Assembly (NCBI GenBank): GCA_018825385.1
Contig: JAHJEX010000006.1
Location: 186-64,185 of the forward strand
Direction of reading: 5' to 3'
DNA: 64,000 nucleotides
From: Patescibacteria group bacterium
Lineage (GTDB): Bacteria; Patescibacteriota; Patescibacteriia; UM-FILTER-42-10
Under the pieces are notes generated by a model, which was not told the DNA's origin, ran no database searches, and was given only the letters and a program-made list of their open reading frames with translations. Shown here piece by piece: positions 20,076 to 29,930 of this stretch. The first letter of the stretch is position 1, and every line of letters starts with the position of its first letter. A program made the position numbers and the translations under genes.

Positions 20076-21284
20076 ATGGCAGTTTACGATTACAAAGCAA
20101 AAGATGTTGAAGGAAACTCTGTCACCGGAGCAGTAGAAGCTTCTTCAGAAACAGTCGCGGTTGACATGTTAAAAGATAAGGATCTAATAGTCCTTTCTTT
20201 GAGCGAGCGAAGAAAACGCACACTCTTTCAAGCAAGTCTCGGGTTTCTAAATAGAGTTCCCAGAAAAGAGGTTGTAATTTTCTCCAGACAGTTAGCGGTT
20301 ATGATCTCTGCTACGGTACCAATTGTAAAAGCGTTGACTATTCTTACAAAACAAACAGAAAATATAACTTTCAAAATCATTGTTTCGGAAATTGCTGACG
20401 AAGTTGATGGAGGTGCAAGGTTGTCTGACACTTTAGGACGCTATCCGCAAGTATTTGATGATTTTTTCGTGTACATGATTAAATCAGGTGAAACAACCGG
20501 AAAATTAGACGAGACCCTAAATTATCTTGCCGATCAAAAAGAAAAAGATTACGATCTTACATCAAAGATCAAGGGAGCAATGATTTATCCTGTATTTATT
20601 TTGGGCGCCTTGGTAGTTGTAGGTATAGTTATGATGATCTTTGTAATTCCTCAGCTAACAGCCGTACTTGAAGAGGCAGGCACGGAACTGCCATGGGCAA
20701 CAAGAATGCTTATGGCGACTAGTGATTTTCTACAGAATTATTGGTGGTCTTTAATAGTAATTGCGATTGTCAGTACATTATCGTATCGTTTGTATTATCG
20801 AACCTCAACCGGGAAAAAACAAATTGATAAAATAAAACTAAGAATCCCAGTATTTGGCAACATTTACAAAAAAATATATCTGACGCGTTTTGCACGCAGT
20901 TTTTCTAATCTCATTGCCAGTGGTATTCCTTTGTCTAGAGCATTGGGGATCGTTGCCGATGTAATAGGTAATCATACATATAAGGAAATTACGCTAGAGA
21001 CAATCAAAGAGGTTGAAGATGGAAATTCAGTGTCAACTGTTTTCTTAAAACACAAAGAAGTTCCCGTAATGCTGTCACAAATGTTAACTGTGGGTGAACA
21101 AACCGGCCGGCTAGATAAAATATTAGCAAAGCTTGCTGATTTTTATGCTAAAGAAGTGGAGAATTTAGTTGCAAATCTTGTGAGCCTTATTGAGCCTATG
21201 ATTATCGCGCTGTTAGGTGTTGCTGTTGCTGTGTTGGTTGTATCCATATTGTTGCCTCTATACAGTCTTTCAACAGCTATTTAG
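20076..21284 (+). CDS. pilC: type IV pilus inner-membrane platform protein PilC (GspF family)
   Basis: Two GspF repeats, three TM segments, 402 aa. Position after pilT. Confidence 0.9.
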   Translation: MAVYDYKAKDVEGNSVTGAVEASSETVAVDMLKDKDLIVLSLSERRKRTLFQASLGFLNRVPRKEVVIFSRQLAVMISATVPIVKALTILTKQTENITFKIIVSEIADEVDGGARLSDTLGRYPQVFDDFFVYMIKSGETTGKLDETLNYLADQKEKDYDLTSKIKGAMIYPVFILGALVVVGIVMMIFVIPQLTAVLEEAGTELPWATRMLMATSDFLQNYWWSLIVIAIVSTLSYRLYYRTSTGKKQIDKIKLRIPVFGNIYKKIYLTRFARSFSNLIASGIPLSRALGIVADVIGNHTYKEITLETIKEVEDGNSVSTVFLKHKEVPVMLSQMLTVGEQTGRLDKILAKLADFYAKEVENLVANLVSLIEPMIIALLGVAVAVLVVSILLPLYSLSTAI

Positions 21285-21367
21285 AGATTCTCGTCTTGTC
21301 ATTTTCATTTACTATTTGTCATTTTTCTGCTATAATAATTCGTGTTGATAACTAGCAAACTGTTATA

Positions 21368-21399
21368 TTGACAAAATGGTAAAATTGTAGTAGTATAAT
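21368..21399 (+). promoter_or_regulatory. candidate sigma70-like promoter for the pilin gene (TTGACA ... TATAAT; 20-nt spacer or alternative TAGTAT at 17 nt)
   Basis: Perfect -35 and -10 hexamers are visible but the spacing is non-optimal. Upstream direct repeats ttgtcatttt x2 at 21296-21330. Strong SD GGAGGTG lies before the ATG at 21460. Confidence 0.35.
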
Positions 21400-21459
21400 A
21401 GCATAACTAATTGATTACTTAACAATTAAAATAAAATAGAAAGGAAGGGAGGTGAACAA

Positions 21460-21924
21460 ATGAGAAACAAAAAAGGTTTTACATTAATCGAGTTGTTAGT
21501 TGTTATCGCAATTATTGGTCTTTTAGCCACAATTGCAGTAGTAGCATTAAACAGCGCAAGAACAAGTTCACGAGATGCTAAGAGGATTGCTGATGTCCGA
21601 CAGGTACAAACCGGGTTGGAGTTATATTTTAACGCCGAAACGGATTACCCAACTTGTACTACAGCTGCTACCGTCGCGAGTTTGGACGGTGCTGGTTGCG
21701 CCGATGGGATAACAACTTACGTTTCTGGAATCTCCAATGTTTATGATCCCTCGGGTGATGCAACTACCGCTGCTTGTCTTGTCGATGCTACCGGTACGTG
21801 TAACTATTCTTATCAAGGAGTTGCGGAGGGAGACAGCTATACCATTTTATTCTGGCTCGAAGGTGATTCCGGATCATTGACAGGAGGAGAGATTCATACA
21901 GCGAGTGACGCAGGTATACTTTAA
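21460..21924 (+). CDS. pilA: type IV major pilin (prepilin with class III signal peptide)
   Basis: MRNKKG|FTLIELLVVIAIIGLLATIAV is a canonical prepilin cleavage/methylation motif. 154 aa. Cys pairs in the C-terminal half. Confidence 0.9.
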   Translation: MRNKKGFTLIELLVVIAIIGLLATIAVVALNSARTSSRDAKRIADVRQVQTGLELYFNAETDYPTCTTAATVASLDGAGCADGITTYVSGISNVYDPSGDATTAACLVDATGTCNYSYQGVAEGDSYTILFWLEGDSGSLTGGEIHTASDAGIL

Positions 21925-21938
21925 ACAAGAGATTTTAT

Positions 21939-21986
21939 AAAGGACCTACTAGTCTTCAAACGAAGCGGTGGGTCCTTTTGGTTTTA
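21939..21986 (+). terminator. rho-independent terminator after the pilin gene
   Basis: AAAGGACC ... GGTCCTTT stem with an internal cttc-aaac-gaag hairpin, followed by TTGGTTTT. Confidence 0.6.
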
Positions 21987-22028
21987 TGATGCTTGGTCAG
22001 GAAGTAGATATTCCTATATAATAAAGTT

Positions 22029-24026
22029 ATGAAAATAAATAAGATTCTATTTATTGTTCTTGGGGTGTTGGTTACAGCGCTTCCTCTTTTTTTAAACACG
22101 GCATCTGATACAGAGTTTACTTTTAATAAGACACTGCTTTTTCAACTTGGCATTCTGATAATACTTGTATTACTTTTTTTTAGTAATAAACTAAATATCG
22201 CTTTACTATGGAGTAAGTATAAGACGATAGCGTCTTTGTTACTTTTATATTTAGTTGTATTGGTACTTACTACAATATTTTCTGATTCATCTTTTATAAG
22301 TTTTTTTGGAGCGGATAGAAAGCAAGGTTTGTTTCAATACTTATTCTATTTTTCCCTGATATTTATTGCTCTTGCTATTATCACAAAAATGAAACAAGTA
22401 TATAGATTGATATATTTTGTAATTAGCGGATCAATCCTAGTAAGTATTGTTGGAATTGTTGAGCAGTTGGGTTATAGAGTATTCGACTATACAATATTTG
22501 ATAAGGGGATAGCTTCTACTCTTGGTCATCCAAGTTTTCTTGGTGCATACATAGTTATGACAATACCACTTACGATGGCGTTAATCTTCATTATTTCTAC
22601 TAAGGTAATGAAGCTTCTGTTTTTATTTCTACTTATACTTCAAGGATTTGTTGTGTTTTTCTCGCAAACTCGAGGTGCTTGGATATCAATGATTGCAATG
22701 GTTGTATTTATTGGGATTATAGTTCTTATTAAGTACAAAAAAAGAAAATTACTTTATTCACTTTTGATTTTACTAGTTATTATTGTTGGTTTGATAGTGG
22801 GTACGGGGTTGATTCAAAAGGTTGTCGATTATCAGTCTGGATCGGGGGCATTGCGAATACTGTGGGCTGAACAAGCTTCCGAAGCAATTAAGAAAAGTCC
22901 GTTGTTAGGGTATGGGCTTGATATGCAAAAAGATGTCTTAATTAGCTATTATGATCCTCTACAAGGCGTATATAGTTATTACAATCTATTTACTGATCGT
23001 ATTCACAATGAATTTCTGGATCATGCATTTACATCTGGATTGATAGGACTGGGAACTTATTTAGCTATACTAATTCTAACATTTACTAGTGCAATTAGAT
23101 TCTTCTTAAAAAGTAATAACAGTAAAGAATCTGTAATTGTCTTGGCGTTGATTACTGGCATATTTGCATACATAGTTCAAGGGATGTTTAGTTTTTCCGT
23201 CACAATTCTATATGTATATTTATGGCTCTACATAAGCTTGATATTTATTACTATAAGGTTAGCAAGTAATAATAAAAAGGAAGATGTAATTGTACCTGTG
23301 AAGAATATGTCATATGTTAATTATCCGATAAGCTTAGTATTGATTGCGCTTATTGGAATTACTATCATGAGACCTATAATTGCTGACGGTTTTTTAGAGC
23401 GTATGACAAATATTAATTTGGAAAGTCGCTTCGCTGTTTATGAATTAAAGGATATTCACTCTAGTATTCTTCCTTATGTAAATAGTAGTTCAGGCGAATT
23501 ACCATACCGGATTCGATATGTTAATCTTTTATTGGCATTAGCAATTATGCAAGATACTGATGAAGAAAAAACAGAGTTGTTTGAATTGTGTAAAAATGAG
23601 TTGGATATTATAAGGCAGAAAAATTCATTAAATTTATATTATGATTTAAAAATGGGCGATTTAATGAGAGAGTGGGGAAAAATTGATTACAGCAAATTTG
23701 AATCTATGAATTACTATTATCAGCAGACAATAATAAAAAGTCCGAATTATGCTCTTCTGTATTATTATTGGGGTAGAGGATTAGAAGTTGAGGGTAATCT
23801 CACGGAAGCAAAAAAACAATATCTTAAGGCAATCACATTATTTGCAGATCCTGATACTTTTGGCATAGTTGATGAAATGAAAAAGCATTTAACGCTTTCA
23901 ATAGCGGCGGTATTTTTAAGATTATCAGAAGTTGAAAGCACGCTAGGTAATATTGATATTGCAAACACATACCACAAAAAAAATCAGGAGCTGATTGCCC
24001 CTTATCTTTCCCCAGAAATTCTGTAA
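22029..24026 (+). CDS. polytopic membrane protein with O-antigen-ligase/Wzy_C-like core and C-terminal TPR repeats (candidate O-oligosaccharyltransferase or polymerase)
   Basis: About 12 TM helices. FFSQTRGAWISMIAM region resembles the conserved SRGA segment of Wzy_C. TPR-like C-terminus. Sits immediately downstream of pilA. Confidence 0.6.
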   Translation: MKINKILFIVLGVLVTALPLFLNTASDTEFTFNKTLLFQLGILIILVLLFFSNKLNIALLWSKYKTIASLLLLYLVVLVLTTIFSDSSFISFFGADRKQGLFQYLFYFSLIFIALAIITKMKQVYRLIYFVISGSILVSIVGIVEQLGYRVFDYTIFDKGIASTLGHPSFLGAYIVMTIPLTMALIFIISTKVMKLLFLFLLILQGFVVFFSQTRGAWISMIAMVVFIGIIVLIKYKKRKLLYSLLILLVIIVGLIVGTGLIQKVVDYQSGSGALRILWAEQASEAIKKSPLLGYGLDMQKDVLISYYDPLQGVYSYYNLFTDRIHNEFLDHAFTSGLIGLGTYLAILILTFTSAIRFFLKSNNSKESVIVLALITGIFAYIVQGMFSFSVTILYVYLWLYISLIFITIRLASNNKKEDVIVPVKNMSYVNYPISLVLIALIGITIMRPIIADGFLERMTNINLESRFAVYELKDIHSSILPYVNSSSGELPYRIRYVNLLLALAIMQDTDEEKTELFELCKNELDIIRQKNSLNLYYDLKMGDLMREWGKIDYSKFESMNYYYQQTIIKSPNYALLYYYWGRGLEVEGNLTEAKKQYLKAITLFADPDTFGIVDEMKKHLTLSIAAVFLRLSEVESTLGNIDIANTYHKKNQELIAPYLSPEIL

Positions 24027-24034
24027 AGCAAATA

Positions 24035-25909
24035 CTATTCTTCTTCCATCTGCGCGACGATTGTTTCCCGCAGATTTTTTATTGTTTCGACCCGTGTAAT
24101 TAGTTGATTGTGCGTTTCTTGATCGGCATGAATTTTTTCTATATTTTCATTGTCAAAAAGATTTAGTGCAATATCTAAAACTTCAATTGCTTGATCGTAT
24201 TTTTCCTGACGCTGAAGAATAAAACCCAGCAACTGATACTGATATGCACCATTATGGGGATTGTAGCTAATTGCAGTCCGCAACTCTTTTTCTGCCTCTA
24301 AAATTTCATTGTCTTCTCCAGAACTTATAAAATTTAGGGCATAACCAAACGCTTCATGTCTTTTTGCAGAAAGCGGGTCAAGCTCAACGGCTTTTCTGGC
24401 ATATTTTGCACTCTTGTATTGATTTTCTTCGCGTATCCCTTTGTGATCCAGTATTCTTATTTGGTAGCTTTCCGAAAGATTGCCGTACAGATCGGCATCA
24501 AGGGAATTCAAGTTAACTGCCTTTTCCAACAGAGCAATAGAATCATCAACATCACCTAGGTCATCCTGAATTATGTCCATTCTTTTATTCCATAAATCTG
24601 TAATTGTTGGCACTACTATTATATATCCAACTATGAGCGACGAAACGAAAACAAAAATCTGGAACCGTAAATTATTATTTGTATTTTGAAGGTTTTTAGT
24701 ATCTTTTCCAAGAGGGGACTTTGCCAGAGCAAAGATTAATCCTACTTCAACAAACCATAACAGCAGCAAAGCAGGGATTTCCCAATCAATATCAACCAAG
24801 CTATGTCCAAATGAAGCTATAATCCCCCCAAATATTCCGACAGAATAATAGTATTGTGATTCATTTCCCTTTATTGTTATTCTGAATACATCTCTTGCTT
24901 TGCGTACAATAGAAAAAAGGAAAAACATAAATACTAAAAATCCAAACACACCCAGTTCTGTCAGAAAAAGCAAGATGCTGTTATGTGGGGATACTGAGAA
25001 TGACCAGACGTTCTGCTGGAAGTGAGTATAGATAGTTTCAAAATTACCAATTCCAACTCCAACTACGGGATTATGGGTAAACATTTCCCAACTAGTTTTC
25101 CAATAATCAATTCGATTATTAACTGCGTTTGACTGGATTGCGCTTGCTTGCTGGATCGATTCCCCGTTTGAGGGTGCATGAAGCTGTAATAAACCAAAAA
25201 TCAGAACAGTTATGATGACAATAACAAAGAGCAGTCTGGTTAAAAGTTGTTTAGTAGGTACTTTTCTTAATAACCATATAGTCAAGATAAAAACAATAGT
25301 CATTGCAAGCCAACTGGCTTGAGAAAATGTGAAGTATAGGTTAATTGCCAGTAAGACGGTAGTGATTCCGAAAAAAGTCTGTTCTCTCCGTTGTTTCTCA
25401 ACAAGAAACTGAGTCAATGTTATCGGTAAGGTAAGCAAAATAAATCCTGCAAAAATATTGCGCCAGCCAAAAAAAGAAGCAACACCTAAAGTTATATCTT
25501 GTAGTTGAAAGAAATTGACGATTCCGTTTAGAGCAGCAATGAGCGCAACGGCAGAAAGAGTAAATATAATAATTCTAAACTGCTTGCCGCTTTCAACAAA
25601 TTGAAAAACCAGCCAAAAAGCACCGATAATTAGCGTATACATCACTAAACCGAGGATGCTGTTATAGTGATATGCAGAAAACACAGTTGAGAGAATTAAG
25701 AAGAAAATAAAAGCTGTCAAAGCGATTGGAAGCTTCAACTTTTTTTTATCCAAGCTCGTAATGGCAAGCAATAAAACTGAAAGTATTATTACCTCAATTA
25801 TCGCCAATCCCCAGACAGAACGGCTGGACCATCCTAAAAGGGTGGATACGATAATTGCACCGATGCCAAATATTATAATTGAGGAAGATTTATTTACTAA
25901 AATTGACAT
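24035..25909 (-). CDS. second Wzy_C-like polytopic membrane protein with C-terminal TPR repeats (paralogous architecture to 22029-24026)
   Basis: Multiple TM helices. TFSQASWLAMTIVF motif. C-terminal TPR-like repeats (YQYQLLGFILQRQEKYDQAIEVLDIALNL). Convergent with the previous gene. Confidence 0.6.
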   Translation of the reverse strand: MSILVNKSSSIIIFGIGAIIVSTLLGWSSRSVWGLAIIEVIILSVLLLAITSLDKKKLKLPIALTAFIFFLILSTVFSAYHYNSILGLVMYTLIIGAFWLVFQFVESGKQFRIIIFTLSAVALIAALNGIVNFFQLQDITLGVASFFGWRNIFAGFILLTLPITLTQFLVEKQRREQTFFGITTVLLAINLYFTFSQASWLAMTIVFILTIWLLRKVPTKQLLTRLLFVIVIITVLIFGLLQLHAPSNGESIQQASAIQSNAVNNRIDYWKTSWEMFTHNPVVGVGIGNFETIYTHFQQNVWSFSVSPHNSILLFLTELGVFGFLVFMFFLFSIVRKARDVFRITIKGNESQYYYSVGIFGGIIASFGHSLVDIDWEIPALLLLWFVEVGLIFALAKSPLGKDTKNLQNTNNNLRFQIFVFVSSLIVGYIIVVPTITDLWNKRMDIIQDDLGDVDDSIALLEKAVNLNSLDADLYGNLSESYQIRILDHKGIREENQYKSAKYARKAVELDPLSAKRHEAFGYALNFISSGEDNEILEAEKELRTAISYNPHNGAYQYQLLGFILQRQEKYDQAIEVLDIALNLFDNENIEKIHADQETHNQLITRVETIKNLRETIVAQMEEE

Positions 25910-25912
25910 GTT

Positions 25913-26773
25913 CTACTTTTTGATTATTATTACCAAATGTGGATTCAAAAATGATCTTCGTATGAACTGAGGACCAGAAGAAACCATATTCATATAAAAA
26001 TTAAAGGGCTTGATGAATATTTTTAAGTACGGGTTAAAGTCAGTAACCTTAAATGAGAAATAATTTTTTAAAGGTAAAACCATCATTAAGCTATATTTAG
26101 TCTCTGACAAATATTCATTAATATCTTTGAAGCTAGCAAGGAAATCATTAGTTATAGAATGGAATCTCATTCCGTGTTTTTCATAATGCCAAAAGTCAAT
26201 AGGGAAAAGTCGATTTGGAAAACCGAATATGTTATAACCTCCCACTTTACTGACTCTTAGTAGTTCCTTAGCATACTGAGCTCTTTCCCTGTTTCTGATG
26301 TTTTTGCTTGATGTTTCCTCGACATGTTCAATAACTCCAAAATTCATTACAACATCAAAATATTTATCAGGAAAAGGCAAATTTCTTCCGTCAGCAATTA
26401 CTAGATTCTTGCTCTTTCTGCGATTCCAATAATTTATGCGATCTCCTGTATCAACAGCCCACGCCTCATACCCGATATCTGACAATACATCGATTTCGAC
26501 AGCAGATCCACACCCGACTGATAATATTTTTAGAGGACCTTCATTTTTAAAAAGTTTTTTGAATAGGGGAACAAGATATTTCTTTACCTTATTTATATTT
26601 GCTTCTTCCTCTTTTTCTATTGCCTCAGAACTTGTATCAGAAAAGTATTTTTCATAGGTCAGAAAATTTGGAAACTCCCCCTCGTAAGTAAAATATTTAT
26701 TACACTTAACGCAATAATATGCTGATTGTTGTTGATTAAGACTGTGCTGACATTTTGGACAGATATAGTTCAT
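25913..26773 (-). CDS. class I SAM-dependent methyltransferase with N-terminal Cys4 zinc ribbon
   Basis: CPKCQHS...CVKCNKYF ribbon. SAM-binding motif ILSVGCGSAVEIDVL. Confidence 0.75.
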   Translation of the reverse strand: MNYICPKCQHSLNQQQSAYYCVKCNKYFTYEGEFPNFLTYEKYFSDTSSEAIEKEEEANINKVKKYLVPLFKKLFKNEGPLKILSVGCGSAVEIDVLSDIGYEAWAVDTGDRINYWNRRKSKNLVIADGRNLPFPDKYFDVVMNFGVIEHVEETSSKNIRNRERAQYAKELLRVSKVGGYNIFGFPNRLFPIDFWHYEKHGMRFHSITNDFLASFKDINEYLSETKYSLMMVLPLKNYFSFKVTDFNPYLKIFIKPFNFYMNMVSSGPQFIRRSFLNPHLVIIIKK

Positions 26774-26777
26774 AATT

Positions 26778-27896
26778 TTATCTATTTGAGATATTTATTG
26801 TGTTTCTATATACTTCTAATGTTTTTTGAGCAGTTTTTTCCCATGAAAAATGTTTTAATAGATCATTTTTTAGCAAGTCAGATTTCGGTGATTCAAATGC
26901 TTCTAGTACAGTACTCTTGATTGAATTTATATCTGCAGGATTGCAATATTTAGCAAAGTTTCCCAGATATTCTTTTGCATATCCTCGATCAGTGCTTACA
27001 ACATTGCATCCTGCTAATCCGGCTTCTAAGCTTACTAAACCGCATGTTTCGAACCAGCTTGGCAACACATGTACTTTGGCAGCAGCATAAGCTGATTTTA
27101 GCATATCTTTCGTGATATCAGTAATAAGTGTGATATTTGGATTTTTGTTGACTTCACGGTGGATAAGTTGAAAATACTTTTTATGATTTTTTTGGGGTTT
27201 CCCAATCAACACCAGTTTAAGACCAGTATTTTTCAACGCATGTATTAGCGAGAGGTGATTTTTAATACTGGAAAAATTAGCAACACATAGTACAAAATCC
27301 TTAATGTTGTATTTTTTTGTAAATAGACCTGAATTCGAATTAACAAAATCCGCATCGATTCCATTTGGCACGACGTGATATTTATTATGTATTCCCAAAT
27401 CATTTTCCAGTTGTTTCATTTCCAGATCTGAATTTAGGAGGAGGGCATTAACATTGGAAAGCACTTTTTGCTGCTGTTGTACATATCCATGGGTAAGCTG
27501 AGAGAAGAACCGCTGATACAGATTAATATTTGTTATTGCTCTCAAAAACAGTTTAAAGAGTTCCTTTGTGTTTTTATCAGGAATAGTCTTCATAAAAAAA
27601 CTTTGAATACCATATCTTCCTTTACGATCCCACTCGTCAAAATTTTGATAAAGAGGCGTAAGGACTACGGGCTTTTGTTGATTTTTAGCATTCTGAAACT
27701 GAGCGTATGTTTCGTGCGGTCGGGTTATGTTAAAAAGATGGACAATATCGTATCCTGACAGGTCTGGTTCCAATTTTGTTGATATATTAACAGATACACC
27801 TATTTTCCTTAGATGTTCTAAAGTTCTATTTATTTGCAGAGTATCGCCGCCGGGATTGGATTCTAAATCAGTCCTGCTGTTTAAAAGAATTTTCAT
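26778..27896 (-). CDS. glycosyltransferase family 4 (GT-B, group 1)
   Basis: EX7E motif FETCGLVSLEAGLAGCNVVSTDRG. 372 aa. Confidence 0.8.
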   Translation of the reverse strand: MKILLNSRTDLESNPGGDTLQINRTLEHLRKIGVSVNISTKLEPDLSGYDIVHLFNITRPHETYAQFQNAKNQQKPVVLTPLYQNFDEWDRKGRYGIQSFFMKTIPDKNTKELFKLFLRAITNINLYQRFFSQLTHGYVQQQQKVLSNVNALLLNSDLEMKQLENDLGIHNKYHVVPNGIDADFVNSNSGLFTKKYNIKDFVLCVANFSSIKNHLSLIHALKNTGLKLVLIGKPQKNHKKYFQLIHREVNKNPNITLITDITKDMLKSAYAAAKVHVLPSWFETCGLVSLEAGLAGCNVVSTDRGYAKEYLGNFAKYCNPADINSIKSTVLEAFESPKSDLLKNDLLKHFSWEKTAQKTLEVYRNTINISNR

Positions 27897-28833
27897 ATTT
27901 TTTCAATTTATTCCTAGATATAAGAGTTAAAAAAAGAAAACCATAGTTTATTGCCTGGATATAATATTTTTTGCTAATTGACCCAATGATGATTCCAAAA
28001 AAGAAATAAAAAATACTTTTAAGCATTATGAAAAAATATAACTGGATAAATTTACCAAAAAAGTAGTGTTTCTTAAAAAATAGCAAAATATTATTGTATC
28101 CGAATATAATTGCCGGGGCTTTGTTAGAAGAACCACCATGTTTGTAGTGTATTACAGTGTCAATGGGAAAATAGTAGTTTTTGTATCCCTCCTGTTTAAT
28201 TCTATAACACAGATCAACTTCTTCTACATATAGAAAGAATTTTTCATCAAAGCCCGATACTTTGTCAAAAACCTTTTTCTTAATCATGAAACATGACCCT
28301 GATACCCAGTCGGGATTGAATTTATTTTGATATTTTTTTTCATTGAGTATATGATAGGAACTTTTTGGTTTGAATATTCGGTCTAGAAATAGAGCTTCTG
28401 CAATAATATTCCAGAGAGTAGGGAAGTTTCCGCATGAAGATTGAAGTGAACGATCGCTATTCATAATCTTAAAACCAATTGCACCAGCATCTTCATACTT
28501 TTCCGCAGCAGCAATCATTTTATTTAAAGCATTCTTTTCTAGTGCAGTGTCACTATTAATCAAAAGAAGATACTCGCCCCTTGCTATGGCAGCTCCCTGA
28601 TTATTAGCGACACCAAAACCCATATTTTTATCATTTTCAATTAACTTAATTTCAGGAAAATATTCTTTTACCATTTTCACCGTTTCATCAGATGAAGCGT
28701 TATCAACTACAATAATTTCAACTTCTTTATTGTGATTTTGATCATTAATTGAATTCAGACATTCCTTAAGAAGCTGTTTAGTATTATAACTTACAATGAT
28801 TATTGATAATATATTAGAACTAGATTGTTGCAT
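27868..28833 (-). CDS. glycosyltransferase family 2
   Basis: N-terminal GT-A signature IIVVSYNTKQLLKECL...EIIVVDNASSDET. The 29-nt overlap with the downstream GT4 gene suggests coupling. Confidence 0.8.
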   Translation of the reverse strand: MQQSSSNILSIIIVSYNTKQLLKECLNSINDQNHNKEVEIIVVDNASSDETVKMVKEYFPEIKLIENDKNMGFGVANNQGAAIARGEYLLLINSDTALEKNALNKMIAAAEKYEDAGAIGFKIMNSDRSLQSSCGNFPTLWNIIAEALFLDRIFKPKSSYHILNEKKYQNKFNPDWVSGSCFMIKKKVFDKVSGFDEKFFLYVEEVDLCYRIKQEGYKNYYFPIDTVIHYKHGGSSNKAPAIIFGYNNILLFFKKHYFFGKFIQLYFFIMLKSIFYFFFGIIIGSISKKYYIQAINYGFLFLTLISRNKLKKYENSFKQQD

Positions 28834-28886
28834 TAGCTATATCACGGTTATTAATATATCACTATCCTAAGAAATAAAATGTGTAT

Positions 28887-29924
28887 CTATTTTTTTTCAA
28901 GAATAGCACCAAGTATATAATATTCAGAATTAATGAAATTATACAAAATGTTCATAAAAAACCGAGCAGGAGCAAATAAGAGCAACTTTTTTATATACTT
29001 TTTCACAATGAAATCCTTGGTAGTCTTTTTTTTGTAAATATTGTTTCCTTCTTTACTAATTATGGGATCAGGAATATTTTTTCTTCTAGATAATGACGAA
29101 AAATAAGTAATCAATTTATTTTCTTTCATTGAATTATATTTGGAAAAATCTACAAAATGACAATTTAAATTACTACTATCGGCCATAAATTTAATACTAT
29201 TTTTAGTAAACCAAATAGTATGGACTGGTGGTTGTTCTGTAAACCAAACTGTTTTTTTGGGTAGATAATCTTTATTAGGTGTAGTTAAAATAATCTTTCC
29301 TTTTTTATTTAACAGTCTGATACAAATATGAATGAATTCAATGGGGTTAACAATATGTTCAATAAATTCTGTTGCGATAATAAAATCAAAATTTTCATTT
29401 GTTTTGAAATCATCATATGAAGTTAAATAGTAATTATCGCCAAAATTAGATTTGGCATATTGGATTGCTTCATTGGAAATATCTATTCCAATCGCATTGT
29501 GGCCAATTTTATTTAATGCATAAGTTAGATACCCGTATCCGCAACCTATCTCCAGGATTTTTTGTTTTGTTTTTTTACTTGAAAAAATATGATCTATCGA
29601 ATAATATGATGGTTCTTCATTTGCTAGGAAAAGAAGCGGATTCTTTTGGTCTTTGATTGTCTGTGCGTATCGATAATATCTATCATATCCTGGTGCGTTT
29701 TTTTGGGAATAGATGATATTATATATTGTTTTATTAGTACTTTCTTTTGAGATAAATTGAATGTTGCACTGATTACAACTAAAAATATTATAACTTGTTC
29801 CCTCAATATATCCTGGAAATTCTGAGTATATTTCAGTAATATTTTTTGATTTGCAAATTGGACAATCTATTTTTTTTAATTCCTGTTTTTCAATATTATT
29901 TAACATTGTTTGTTTGAACTGCAA
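28887..29924 (-). CDS. class I SAM-dependent methyltransferase with N-terminal zinc ribbon (paralogous architecture to 25913-26773)
   Basis: CPICKSK...CNQCNIQF ribbon. SAM motif ILEIGCGYGYLTYAL. Confidence 0.75.
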   Translation of the reverse strand: MQFKQTMLNNIEKQELKKIDCPICKSKNITEIYSEFPGYIEGTSYNIFSCNQCNIQFISKESTNKTIYNIIYSQKNAPGYDRYYRYAQTIKDQKNPLLFLANEEPSYYSIDHIFSSKKTKQKILEIGCGYGYLTYALNKIGHNAIGIDISNEAIQYAKSNFGDNYYLTSYDDFKTNENFDFIIATEFIEHIVNPIEFIHICIRLLNKKGKIILTTPNKDYLPKKTVWFTEQPPVHTIWFTKNSIKFMADSSNLNCHFVDFSKYNSMKENKLITYFSSLSRRKNIPDPIISKEGNNIYKKKTTKDFIVKKYIKKLLLFAPARFFMNILYNFINSEYYILGAILEKK

Positions 29925-29930
29925 TTTATT

